Positions 1 through 7,939 of a stretch of DNA of 37,342 nt are shown one piece after another (position 1 is the stretch's first letter; every line of letters starts with the position of its first letter). The stretch is from Desulfobacteraceae bacterium (GTDB taxonomy: Bacteria; Desulfobacterota; DSM-4660; Desulfatiglandales; JALVMZ01), in assembly GCA_027032655.1 (NCBI GenBank), contig JALVMZ010000269.1, positions 1 through 37,342 of the forward strand. Direction: 5' to 3'. A program made the position numbers and the translations under genes. Below the pieces are notes generated by a model, which had not been told where the DNA came from, did not search any database, and saw only the letters and a list, made by a program, of their open reading frames with translations.

Positions 1-394
1 CAACAACCAGAACCTCTAACCTGTTTTCCTTGAAACGACCGAATGAGTAAAGGCCGTTCTTTATATCCTCTTTGATGTTTTCTACCATAAGGTTGAAAAA
101 TTCGTCTTCTAATGTTTTTTCTCCGGCCGATACAAGTTCAAGTATGGGGGTATAGAATCTGAACTGATGGAGCTTAATGGCCTCCTCAAAATCCCGGATG
201 CTATCAACTATTACTTTTCCGTTTTCCTCTCTGAAGTTGAGGCTGGACTTGTTGATTATAAGAAGTTCTAATTTTGAAAACATTGGTATAGCTCCATCGT
301 TATAAGAAACAGTTACTCTGAACCTCTTGTCTTCTGCAAAGAGGAGTTTTCCTCTGTAGCTGTCTAAGAGCATATAGATCTCTGTTGTTGGCAT
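1..394 (-). CDS. hypothetical protein, N-terminal part only (runs off the left edge)
   Basis: Minus-strand frame is open from ATG at 394 to the window edge with no stop, so it is absent from the ORF track. AAGGAG lies 6 nt upstream. It begins MPTTEIYMLLDSYRGKLLFAEDKRF and starts 10 nt after the stop of the upstream GGCT-like gene, so it is likely co-transcribed. No family recognised. Confidence 0.55.
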   Translation of the reverse strand, partial: MPTTEIYMLLDSYRGKLLFAEDKRFRVTVSYNDGAIPMFSKLELLIINKSSLNFREENGKVIVDSIRDFEEAIKLHQFRFYTPILELVSAGEKTLEDEFFNLMVENIKEDIKNGLYSFGRFKENRLEVLVV

Positions 395-404
395 GATTTT
401 CTCC

Positions 405-812
405 TTAGCGTAGTATCTCTTTAACCCAAGGTTTCCATCCTTTCTTTGTCCACCAATGTGGAACCTTTTTTTCAGGGAGCTCCCAACTGAAAAGTCCATT
501 TGGTTTTTCCATAAAGTAGAGTATGGCCGGTATTGTTTCCTTATCTGTTCTAAAAGAAAAAGAGTCCCTTTTGTAGAAAGTAGGAACTCCTTCCAGCCTG
601 TCCAGCTGCATGAGCGTTCTACCGGATACGCTGTATAGCTCAACCACTATAGGCACTCCGTTTTTATGGGGAACAACGGTAGGGAAGCTTGAATGTCCCA
701 GGAGAAAACTTCCAAGGGACACTCCTTTTCCCAAAAATTCAGAGTCTGTGAGGTAGTAGTGGTTTCCGTGTCCTTGTTTTAATGTTCCGTAAACGGCGAC
801 GATGTTCTCCAT
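405..812 (-). CDS. gamma-glutamyl cyclotransferase-like (AIG2/GGACT family) protein
   Basis: 135-aa ORF. N-terminal VAVYGTLKQGHGNHYYL and central VELYSVSGRTLMQLDRLEGVPTFYKR match the YGTL...LD.lEg..Y.R pattern of the GGACT/AIG2-like fold. Confidence 0.65.
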   Translation of the reverse strand: MENIVAVYGTLKQGHGNHYYLTDSEFLGKGVSLGSFLLGHSSFPTVVPHKNGVPIVVELYSVSGRTLMQLDRLEGVPTFYKRDSFSFRTDKETIPAILYFMEKPNGLFSWELPEKKVPHWWTKKGWKPWVKEILR

Positions 813-921
813 TGTTCTCCTCCTGTTCTCTAATATATTTCTGTAAAACAGGAATGCAAGCTTTATTTTTTCTTAGATTTGATTTAATTTCATTTAATAA
901 ATACTGTTCCAGGGGTGTATT

Positions 922-1644
922 ATGGTGGAGCTCCCGAAAAATGCTATGAGGGCCTTAAAGCCTGAACAGAGGGAACTTATAAAGGAGTACAAGAGTTGGC
1001 TTCTCAGAAACGGCTATAAAGAGGGAAGCGTTCAAACTTTGGGTAGGAAGGCGGCCAGATACCTGTATCTTTGCGAACAGGAAGGGCTGGATCCAGCTGA
1101 TGAAGTTTCCCTTCTTAAGGTTCGGAAGATAAACCACGACTTGGCCGTTAGAGCGAAAAAGTTTGTTGAATTCCTGCAGGAACGAAAGCGGATGAAGGAA
1201 GAGTTTTCCGGCAAGGAGAAGGTTCCTGCTCAGGCTGGACCTGTAGAGGAAATGGAGCAGATGCAAAGTTGGGTAACTGAAGTGATTAGAAGGCTTGATT
1301 CACTTGAGGTTCTCCTGAAGGATTCTTTATCTGTTGTATCCGGTAGAAGGACTAAAGGTTTTAACTTTGATATGCTTGTCGGAAAGCCCGTGACAGTTAG
1401 AACGGTAGATAATAAGTTATACACAGGAGAGCTCCTCGGATATGACGAGGACATGATATATGTTCTCTCTGTTGAGAACAGAACAGAGGAAAAACGTTTC
1501 CACTCAGGAGGCAAAAGAGCTCCTTATGTTAAAAGGGTTCCGCAGGAGCCTCAATCTTTCGTTTACTCTATCAGTAGGCAGGTTATTGAGTCACTGGAAA
1601 CTCCTGCCAGCTTCTTTGATTTTGGTTCTGAGCCTGAACGCTAA
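922..1644 (+). CDS. hypothetical protein; N-terminus resembles an integrase SAM-like helical domain, C-terminus resembles an Sm/LSm fold
   Basis: 240-aa ORF. The C-terminal segment GKPVTVRTVDNKLYTGELLGYDEDMIYVLSVE ... SFVYSISRQVIESL has an Sm1/Sm2-like pattern. The domain calls are pattern recognition only. Confidence 0.6.
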   Translation: MVELPKNAMRALKPEQRELIKEYKSWLLRNGYKEGSVQTLGRKAARYLYLCEQEGLDPADEVSLLKVRKINHDLAVRAKKFVEFLQERKRMKEEFSGKEKVPAQAGPVEEMEQMQSWVTEVIRRLDSLEVLLKDSLSVVSGRRTKGFNFDMLVGKPVTVRTVDNKLYTGELLGYDEDMIYVLSVENRTEEKRFHSGGKRAPYVKRVPQEPQSFVYSISRQVIESLETPASFFDFGSEPER

Positions 1645-2098
1645 CATTCAAGCTGCTTCTACCGAGGAGATTCTTGTTGATGCCGTTTATAAGCTTATTC
1701 AGCGTGTTAATCTGCTTGAAGAGAAATTGCAGGAACTCCAGTCCCGGTGTCAGTGTTTAGGCGTACAGAATACAAGGAATACAGGGAATACAAAAGATAC
1801 AGGACGATTACGGCCAGAACGCTTTAGAGTGATTATAGGGACCTTCAGGAGCAGGAGGGGGGCGGAGAGGTTTGCTCAGAAATACAGGAATAAAATTCGT
1901 GCATGCATAAATATTAGAAAGACAACCTGCCGAAACTGGAAGTGTTTCGTTGTTTACACTGATGTTCCTACAGAGGAATACAGAAAAATTAAAGCTTTAA
2001 TTCCTGATGCCTTTATCTCAAGGACTACATTACAGTTACACACAGGAGCTGAACAGGGATTCCCTACAGCTACACAGACTACAGGTATACAGGACTGA
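1460..2098 (+). CDS. SPOR-like (peptidoglycan-binding) domain protein; start uncertain
   Basis: The ORF overlaps the previous gene by 185 nt, so the real start may be ATG 1526 or later. No ATG/GTG/TTG occurs between 1646 and about 1727. The C-terminal FRVIIGTFRSRRGAERFAQKYRNKI ... NWKCFVVYTDVPTEEYRKIKALIPDAFI fits the duplicated beta-alpha-beta-beta SPOR pattern. Confidence 0.45.
   Translation: MFSLLRTEQRKNVSTQEAKELLMLKGFRRSLNLSFTLSVGRLLSHWKLLPASLILVLSLNANIQAASTEEILVDAVYKLIQRVNLLEEKLQELQSRCQCLGVQNTRNTGNTKDTGRLRPERFRVIIGTFRSRRGAERFAQKYRNKIRACINIRKTTCRNWKCFVVYTDVPTEEYRKIKALIPDAFISRTTLQLHTGAEQGFPTATQTTGIQD
1763..1804 (+). repeat. imperfect 9-bp tandem repeat (GAATACA core, period 9, 4-5 units), in frame inside the SPOR-like ORF
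   Basis: GAATACA occurs at 1768, 1777 and 1786, and GATACA at 1796. The repeat translates to NTR-NTG-NTK-DTG. Confidence 0.7.
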
Positions 2099-2101
2099 TT
2101 A

Positions 2102-2130
2102 CAGAACGTTTGTTCTGAATTTCTGTTCTG
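2102..2130 (+). promoter_or_regulatory. inverted repeat CAGAAC-GTTT-GTTCTG plus a third GTTCTG copy, just upstream of the dsbC-like gene
   Basis: A perfect 6-4-6 palindrome lies at 2102-2117, and GTTCTG occurs again at 2125-2130. It sits between the stop at 2098 and the GTG start at 2140 (RBS GGAGGA). It could be an operator or a weak terminator/attenuator. Confidence 0.35.
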
Positions 2131-2139
2131 GAGGACGTT

Positions 2140-3339
2140 GTGAGAAAGTCTTTGGGATTGGTCGCTCTTCTGGTTATGTTTTCTTCCGTTTCTTTGGCCG
2201 GCAGTGGGGACTCTTCTCAGGTTAAGCAAGTAGAAAGTCTCCTCAGGAAGAAACTTCCGAATTTGCGTTTTGACAGGGTTGAACCTTCTCCTATTAAAGG
2301 ACTCTACGAAATCCATGCAGGTAGCAACATTATCTACGTTGACCCTCAAGTGGAACACCTTGTTTTTGGAGCTATATACAACTTACAGGGAAAAAACCTT
2401 ACAGATGAGAAGAAAAAGCAGCTTTTCAGGCAGCTTGCTGACGAGATGGCCAGAACGTTTCCTGTCCGTTCTGCAGTTCATATAGTTGGAAGTAAGAAGC
2501 CTACGGTCTTTCTGGTTGCGGATCCAGACTGTCCCTACAGCAGGGAGCTCCTGAAGTTTCTGCTAAGCAGGAATGTTGATTTCTTCGTTATCTTCGCCGA
2601 TATGCGCAGGAATTCCTATCCACATATTCTCTATATCCTATCCAACAAGGACAGAAGGAAGGCTATTGAAGAAGTTGTTAGCGGTAAGCTTGACGATGAG
2701 GCTGATGTTCAGAAGGTGCTAAAGAGTGCATCTGAGGCAAACAAAGAGGAGACTAAACGTTTGCTCGGGAAGTGGAACCAGTGGATGCGGAAGTACAGCA
2801 TCAGGGGAGTTCCCTTTGCAGTTATTCCCAGAAATCAGCAGGTTGTTCAAGGGTTCCGAAGAGAAGTGTTTGAGTCCCTTTATCCGTTTGACATCAGCAA
2901 ACTAAATCTTTCGGATGCGCCGGTTATAGTCGGTAGTGGGTCGGGTAAGAAAATAGTGGTCGTTACAGACCCTACCTGTCCGTTTTGTAAGAGGGCCTGT
3001 AACGCTTTAAGACATCTGGCAAAAGAAGGAAAGGCTACCTTCTACGTTTACCTGTTCCCTATTCACGGTGATTTCTCTATGAAATACATAGCGGACATAA
3101 TGAATTCTCCTAAGGGAGAGAGAGCTCTTCTCCTTGAAAGATTTTTTGAGGGAAAAGCCTCTCCTTCTGGGGAGCCTATGACTCCTGAGGCTGAAAAGGA
3201 ATTTCAGAAGCAACTACAGGTTATCAATAAGCTTGGTGTAACAGGAACTCCAACTTTCTTCTCTTGGCCTGACGGGAAAAAGATAGTGGGAGCTAACGTT
3301 AGGGCTGTGGAAAACCTTGTTAAGGGAGGCAATAAATGA
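2140..3339 (+). CDS. periplasmic thiol:disulfide interchange protein, DsbC/TrbB-like, with two thioredoxin-like modules
   Basis: GTG start with a GGAGGA RBS and signal peptide MRKSLGLVALLVMFSSVSLAG. A DsbC-type N-terminal segment is present (KGLYEIHAGSNIIYVD). The first module has CPYS (2530-2541) and the second has CPFC (2977-2988) plus GVTGTPTFF. Confidence 0.7.
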   Translation: MRKSLGLVALLVMFSSVSLAGSGDSSQVKQVESLLRKKLPNLRFDRVEPSPIKGLYEIHAGSNIIYVDPQVEHLVFGAIYNLQGKNLTDEKKKQLFRQLADEMARTFPVRSAVHIVGSKKPTVFLVADPDCPYSRELLKFLLSRNVDFFVIFADMRRNSYPHILYILSNKDRRKAIEEVVSGKLDDEADVQKVLKSASEANKEETKRLLGKWNQWMRKYSIRGVPFAVIPRNQQVVQGFRREVFESLYPFDISKLNLSDAPVIVGSGSGKKIVVVTDPTCPFCKRACNALRHLAKEGKATFYVYLFPIHGDFSMKYIADIMNSPKGERALLLERFFEGKASPSGEPMTPEAEKEFQKQLQVINKLGVTGTPTFFSWPDGKKIVGANVRAVENLVKGGNK

Positions 3340-3533
3340 GTAAGAAAGAGGAACATACTTTGTTTCTTTCCTCTGCCCGTAAGGGAATGTCTTTTCATTC
3401 TTGGAATTCCTTGCCTGTGTGGGTTAAAGCTCCTCTAAAACCTATGAGTTCTTATGTCCTTTTTGCCCCGCAATATAGGACATTAGAGACACATACTGAA
3501 ATGTCTAATCAGAAGACTGTGGAGGAGGAATAG
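3336..3533 (+). CDS. hypothetical small protein (65 aa), weak call
   Basis: ATGA overlap with the stop of the dsbC-like gene. No signal peptide and no recognisable motif. It could be non-coding spacer. Confidence 0.25.
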   Translation: MSKKEEHTLFLSSARKGMSFHSWNSLPVWVKAPLKPMSSYVLFAPQYRTLETHTEMSNQKTVEEE

Positions 3534-3535
3534 CT

Positions 3536-3901
3536 ATGAAAAAGTGTCTCGCACTGCTTACTGTCTGCCTGGCTTTTGGCCTTCAGAGTGCAAAGGCTGA
3601 ATGTAATGGTGAAGTCGTGGAAAATTGCGGCAAAGGGATTAATGAGGAAGTATGTAAACAGAAAGGGAGCCTTTACTATCTTTGCCTGATGGGAAAGATA
3701 GCTCCTTCTTTGTCAGGGGCGTTTGTGGACTGGCTCGTCAAGCACAAGGTGGATGTTTGTAAGGAAAACGTTGACCAGATTAGCTCTTTCTTTTCCAAAG
3801 CAGTCAAGGACGAGGACTTCATAGTAGCTTTCCTGCTCCGTGCTAAGCCTGGCATCTCACGGGAAAAAGCGCTTGAACTGGCCAGGAGGATGGCTGAGTA
3901 G
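3536..3901 (+). CDS. small secreted Cys-containing protein of unknown function
   Basis: 121-aa ORF with a GGAGGA RBS and signal peptide MKKCLALLTVCLAFGLQSAKA. It lies in the tra operon directly upstream of traV. Confidence 0.6.
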   Translation: MKKCLALLTVCLAFGLQSAKAECNGEVVENCGKGINEEVCKQKGSLYYLCLMGKIAPSLSGAFVDWLVKHKVDVCKENVDQISSFFSKAVKDEDFIVAFLLRAKPGISREKALELARRMAE

Positions 3902-3914
3902 AGAGGGGGTGGCT

Positions 3915-4286
3915 GTGAAAAAACTCTTACCAATTGCAGTTCTGTTTTTTTCAAGCTGTTCTATCTTCTCTCCCTATTCCTCTGAGTTTTCCTGCCCCGG
4001 TTATCATCCCGGAACGTGTGCTTCCATACCTGACGTTTATCGGATGTATAAAAGGGGAGCTTTTTCAGATACTCAGGAGTCTGAGGGAACCCAGGAGAGC
4101 TCTGCTTATAGACCCTTAAGGTGCAGCTATAAAACTGTCTGTAGCAGTTGTGGAGATCCTCTTATAGGTGAGAGGAGGTGTTGCAGGCAGGAAAAATATT
4201 GCGTTCCTGATAGCGTTTCCAAACACATTGACTATAGAGCAGAAGCTGTAAAGGACAACGCTAATGAAGAGACGGTGGTATGGTAG
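3915..4286 (+). CDS. traV: F-type T4SS outer-membrane lipoprotein TraV
   Basis: GTG start at 3915 follows GAGGGGG. The lipobox is in VKKLLPIAVLFFSSC. SSEFSCPGYHPGTCASIPDVY matches the TraV pattern (..EFeC......tC...), and the position immediately before traC fits the F gene order. Confidence 0.6.
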   Translation: MKKLLPIAVLFFSSCSIFSPYSSEFSCPGYHPGTCASIPDVYRMYKRGAFSDTQESEGTQESSAYRPLRCSYKTVCSSCGDPLIGERRCCRQEKYCVPDSVSKHIDYRAEAVKDNANEETVVW

Positions 4287-6937
4287 GTTTAGGTGGAAAA
4301 CGTAAGAGAAAGCACAGGAAGATAGCGGGTTTTATTGCTACGCCGTGGAAACAACTTGTTGAGCTTTATGAGAGCATGCCTCTTTCTCAGTTTCTTCCTT
4401 ACGTTGCCTACGATTTTCAAAGGGAGCTCTACATACTGGCTGACGGTAGGGCAGCTGTCTGCTACGAGGTCCCTCCGCTTATCGTGGCCGGTAACGACTT
4501 CCTAAACGGTTGTCGCTCTCTGCTTTCTGAGGTTGAAGATGGAACAATAGTTCAGTTTACGATGTACGCCTCTCCTAACATCTATCCCTTTATCAACAGA
4601 TGGCAGAAGGTTGAACATGAGAATGAGGCTATAACGGAAGTTTTTAAGAGAAGGGCCAAGTTCTATGAAGAATACATTCGCAAGCCTCATCCGTTTACTG
4701 GTGTGCCTTTTAGGGATTTTCGCCTCTTTATCTCAATTATCTTTCCGCCTCAGAAAGTTACCAAGATAAAGAACTTTATTGACTGGCTTAAAGCCTGGAG
4801 CGGTATAGGTAAGCTTGAAGAAGAGGGAGTTGACGATTTTGAAAAGTATCTTGACCGCTGCCATGACCAGGCTGTCAGCTTTAGGGGAACTATTGAGTCT
4901 ATGGGCTTTATCAGTAAGGTGCAGAATACGTTGCCTCCAGACTTTTTCCTGGCCACTCTCCGAGAGATTTTCAATCCGTCTCACGAAATCGTTGAGAGAG
5001 CCCCCTACGACCCGGAAAGGGAAATTAGAGAGCAGATGATATTTGCCGACAACGCCATAGTCGTGGAAGATCCTGAGTTCATAAAGATAGATGGGAAGTA
5101 TCTTGCTTCATGGACTGCTAAGAGCTTTCCTTCTGGATCCTTTCATATATCCCGAATGCTTGAGGTCATGGGGGCAATCCTCCGCCGGGATAAAGCTAAC
5201 CAGATTAAGTATCCCTTTGCCATCAGTACCACTATTTACAAACTTCCAGAGGTAGAAGAGGCCAAGATACTGGCCAAGATATATAGGTATAAGAGCACTT
5301 ATGCTGAAGAGGCTATCCAGAAGTCCGTTAAGATCAGGGACCAGGTCAGAGAGCTTGAAATCTACGAGACTATCCGGGCCAGAAATAAAGCAGCTGCAAG
5401 GCTCGTTAAGATTCTGGTGTCAGGCTTTTTCTACGTTGATGCCAGAGATAAGGGAGAGGCCAGAAGGGAAATACAGAACACTTTTAGGACCTTGAATAAG
5501 CTGTGGAGCTCCGCCGGATTTGAGCTCCAGATAGAAAAGTTTAAAACGATTCCTACCTTTATCTATTCCCTTCCTATGGCTCCTATCAAAGAGACTATGG
5601 ACTTCCTCAACAGGGCCAAGACGGTTATTATCTCGTCGGTTCCTAATCTCGTCGTGGTCCAGTCTGACTGGAAAGGAACCGGTTGGTACAAGAGACCTCA
5701 GTATCCGGGATTTGTTTTCTTCTCCCGAAGGGGTCAGGTTCAGCTCATATCCCTGTGGGACTCAGAAACTAACTATAACCTCTTTATAGCTGCTCAATCA
5801 GGAGCCGGTAAGTCGTTTCTTATGAACGAATTCATTACAAACTTTCTCGGGAGAGGAGGACTTGTTTACGGCATAGACGTTGGAAGGTCCTACATGCGGG
5901 CCGTGAAGGTTTTTGACGGCCAGATGATAGTTTTTGACAGCAAGCTTTGTATCAACCCTTTTACCAACAGTGTTCTTGGAAGGCTTGACAAAATAGCTCA
6001 GGAGCTCGGTGAGGACGAGGCCAGAAAGGAAGCTACTGCTGAGCTTGAGCAGCTCGTAAGGCTCTTTGCTACCATGTGCGGACTCCCTGCAAGCGGATAT
6101 ACAGACTATAAGGGAGTTCTGGAGCAGGCTATTCGCATAGCTTGGGAGAGGGAAGGACCAGATGCTTCCGTAAGGCTTGTAAGGGATGTTCTCCGAGAGT
6201 TTATGAAGGATGAAACGAAAATAGAAATGCGTCCTCAGATAGCAAGAATGATAGAGGCTCTTTACCCTTACGCTGAGGGCCGTTTTGCTCATTTCTATAA
6301 CGGCAGGGCTAACGTTGACATCAATAAGCCTTTCGTTGTTCTGGAACTTGAGGAAGTTAACCAGTACGAGTCAATGAAGGAAGTTGTTCTTATGTCCATT
6401 ATGATGATTCTCTCTCAGAAGATCTACTTGGGAGACAGGTCTATTCCGAAATTGTTCTTTGTTGATGAGGCCTGGGACCTGCTGAGGGGGGAACATACAG
6501 CTCGCTTTATAGAGACAGGTTACCGTAGGTTCCGTAAATACAATACTGTTGCAGCAACTATTACTCAATCCATTCTTGACTTTTTTATGGAGGAGAACAA
6601 AGCAGTAGGCCAAGCCATTATTTCAAACTCCGAGTTTATGTTCCTTCTAAACCAAAGGGAATCTGACCTCCAAAGGGCCTACAAAGAGAACATCCTGACG
6701 ATAGATGATTTTGCCAAGGAGATGCTTCGGACAGTTATGACCGAGAAGGGAAAGTATTCAGAGATATTCGTCAAGAACTCTGTTACTTGGGGAGTTATGA
6801 GATTTATGGTTGACCGTTTTAGTTACTATCTCTACACCACGGATCCTAAGGAGACTGCTGAAATAGACAAGCTCGTTGAATCAGGAATGAGCTTGAAGGA
6901 GGCCATTGAATTCATGATAGAGAAGGAGAAAGCCTGA
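4280..6937 (+). CDS. traC: F-type T4SS ATPase TraC (VirB4 family)
   Basis: 885 aa, a size typical of TraC. Walker A is AAQSGAGKSFLMNEF and Walker B is KLFFVDEAWDLL. The start overlaps traV. Confidence 0.9.
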   Translation: MVGLGGKRKRKHRKIAGFIATPWKQLVELYESMPLSQFLPYVAYDFQRELYILADGRAAVCYEVPPLIVAGNDFLNGCRSLLSEVEDGTIVQFTMYASPNIYPFINRWQKVEHENEAITEVFKRRAKFYEEYIRKPHPFTGVPFRDFRLFISIIFPPQKVTKIKNFIDWLKAWSGIGKLEEEGVDDFEKYLDRCHDQAVSFRGTIESMGFISKVQNTLPPDFFLATLREIFNPSHEIVERAPYDPEREIREQMIFADNAIVVEDPEFIKIDGKYLASWTAKSFPSGSFHISRMLEVMGAILRRDKANQIKYPFAISTTIYKLPEVEEAKILAKIYRYKSTYAEEAIQKSVKIRDQVRELEIYETIRARNKAAARLVKILVSGFFYVDARDKGEARREIQNTFRTLNKLWSSAGFELQIEKFKTIPTFIYSLPMAPIKETMDFLNRAKTVIISSVPNLVVVQSDWKGTGWYKRPQYPGFVFFSRRGQVQLISLWDSETNYNLFIAAQSGAGKSFLMNEFITNFLGRGGLVYGIDVGRSYMRAVKVFDGQMIVFDSKLCINPFTNSVLGRLDKIAQELGEDEARKEATAELEQLVRLFATMCGLPASGYTDYKGVLEQAIRIAWEREGPDASVRLVRDVLREFMKDETKIEMRPQIARMIEALYPYAEGRFAHFYNGRANVDINKPFVVLELEEVNQYESMKEVVLMSIMMILSQKIYLGDRSIPKLFFVDEAWDLLRGEHTARFIETGYRRFRKYNTVAATITQSILDFFMEENKAVGQAIISNSEFMFLLNQRESDLQRAYKENILTIDDFAKEMLRTVMTEKGKYSEIFVKNSVTWGVMRFMVDRFSYYLYTTDPKETAEIDKLVESGMSLKEAIEFMIEKEKA

Positions 6938-7395
6938 TGGAGGAGCAGAAGAAAGGTCTATTTGACTGGCTGTTCGTCGGAACTCCGTTTCTCCTTACAG
7001 TGGCAGTTTCCCTTCTGATATCGGGAACAATGTTCTACTTCTTGGTTCCTCAGCCTCCAAGAGTTATTTACTCGTTTGATGCCGAGAAGTTCAGGAAGGA
7101 CCTGACTGCAAGGGCTGCTGTAGAGGAAGCTTCGGTTGCAGTGGTAAGCAACATAACATCGGAGCTCCGCCTTCTTCTTGATGAGTACGCTACTCGTGGT
7201 CAGACTCTTGTTGTGAACAGGAGAGCTTTCCTCGCTAACGGACTAAGTAACGTCCGGATTGTAGACATTACCGGTGAACTGGAGAAAAGGCTCTTTTCAA
7301 AGTACTTCTCTTCTGGGAACCCGGACAGGAGGTTAAAAGAGGAACTATTCATACAGGGAGAGAGGAAGGTTGGCGGAAACGCTGAGAGCTTTTAG
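6937..7395 (+). CDS. trbI: TrbI-like single-pass membrane protein of the F-type T4SS
   Basis: ATGA-type junction with the traC stop. It has one TM helix (LFVGTPFLLTVAVSLLISGTMFYFLV), then VIYSFDAEKF ... VRIVDITGELEKRL, which resembles F TrbI. The position after traC matches the F order. Confidence 0.45.
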   Translation: MEEQKKGLFDWLFVGTPFLLTVAVSLLISGTMFYFLVPQPPRVIYSFDAEKFRKDLTARAAVEEASVAVVSNITSELRLLLDEYATRGQTLVVNRRAFLANGLSNVRIVDITGELEKRLFSKYFSSGNPDRRLKEELFIQGERKVGGNAESF

Positions 7396-7939
7396 AGCTT
7401 GGTTAATGGAGCTCCCTCCCTGGAAGAGGGCCCTGTTTTTACCGCTGTCTGTTGGCTTGTTTACTTACCTATTCTGGCAAGGAGCTATCGGTATTTTTAA
7501 TCACTTTTTCATTCTGGTTCATACTAGGACCAACTCAGATTACTTCACCTCGTTTGTGTGTACACGAAGAACATATCCAGTGAGTGAGCTGAATGTAGGG
7601 GATTACGTTTACTTTCCCTACCGTGGAGAGAGGCAGTATCCCCAGTATGGCGTTGCTAATGGGGAGCTCTTGGTGAAGATGGTTGCAGCTTTGCCTGGTA
7701 TGAAAGTTAAAGTAGATGACTACCATGTTTACATAAACGGCCAGATAAAAGGAGCTGTTCTACATACAGATAGGAAAGGTAATCCTATGGATTACTTTCA
7801 CTACGATGGCCCTGTTCCAAGCGGAAAAGTCTTTGTCATGGCTCCGCATCCAAGGTCGTTTGACAGTCGCTACTGGGGTTTTGTTGACGAATCTTGGGGA
7901 TTGCGTAAGTGCTGGCCATTACCATTCTCTGATAGATAG
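7370..7939 (+). CDS. S26-family signal peptidase-like protein (conjugative TraF/TrhP-type peptidase)
   Basis: The Lys box LLVKMVAALPGMKV and C-terminal FVMAPHPRSFDSRYWGFV are typical S26 motifs. The Ser box is not clearly recognisable (TNSDYFTSF). The start is TTG 7370; ATG 7406 is an alternative. Confidence 0.6.
   Translation: MAETLRAFRAWLMELPPWKRALFLPLSVGLFTYLFWQGAIGIFNHFFILVHTRTNSDYFTSFVCTRRTYPVSELNVGDYVYFPYRGERQYPQYGVANGELLVKMVAALPGMKVKVDDYHVYINGQIKGAVLHTDRKGNPMDYFHYDGPVPSGKVFVMAPHPRSFDSRYWGFVDESWGLRKCWPLPFSDR

Noticed and set aside
3536-3901. Possible F-type propilin (TraA) because of size (121 aa) and position in the tra operon
   Set aside because: The mature part is hydrophilic and Cys-containing. 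It lacks the two long hydrophobic helices of F-like pilins, and its signal peptide is an ordinary short Sec type.
5798-6292. 164-aa minus-strand ORF inside traC, and similar ORFs at 4502-4984 and 6371-6613
   Set aside because: They are antisense shadow ORFs inside a well-supported, motif-bearing TraC frame. They have low-complexity composition and no RBS or motif.
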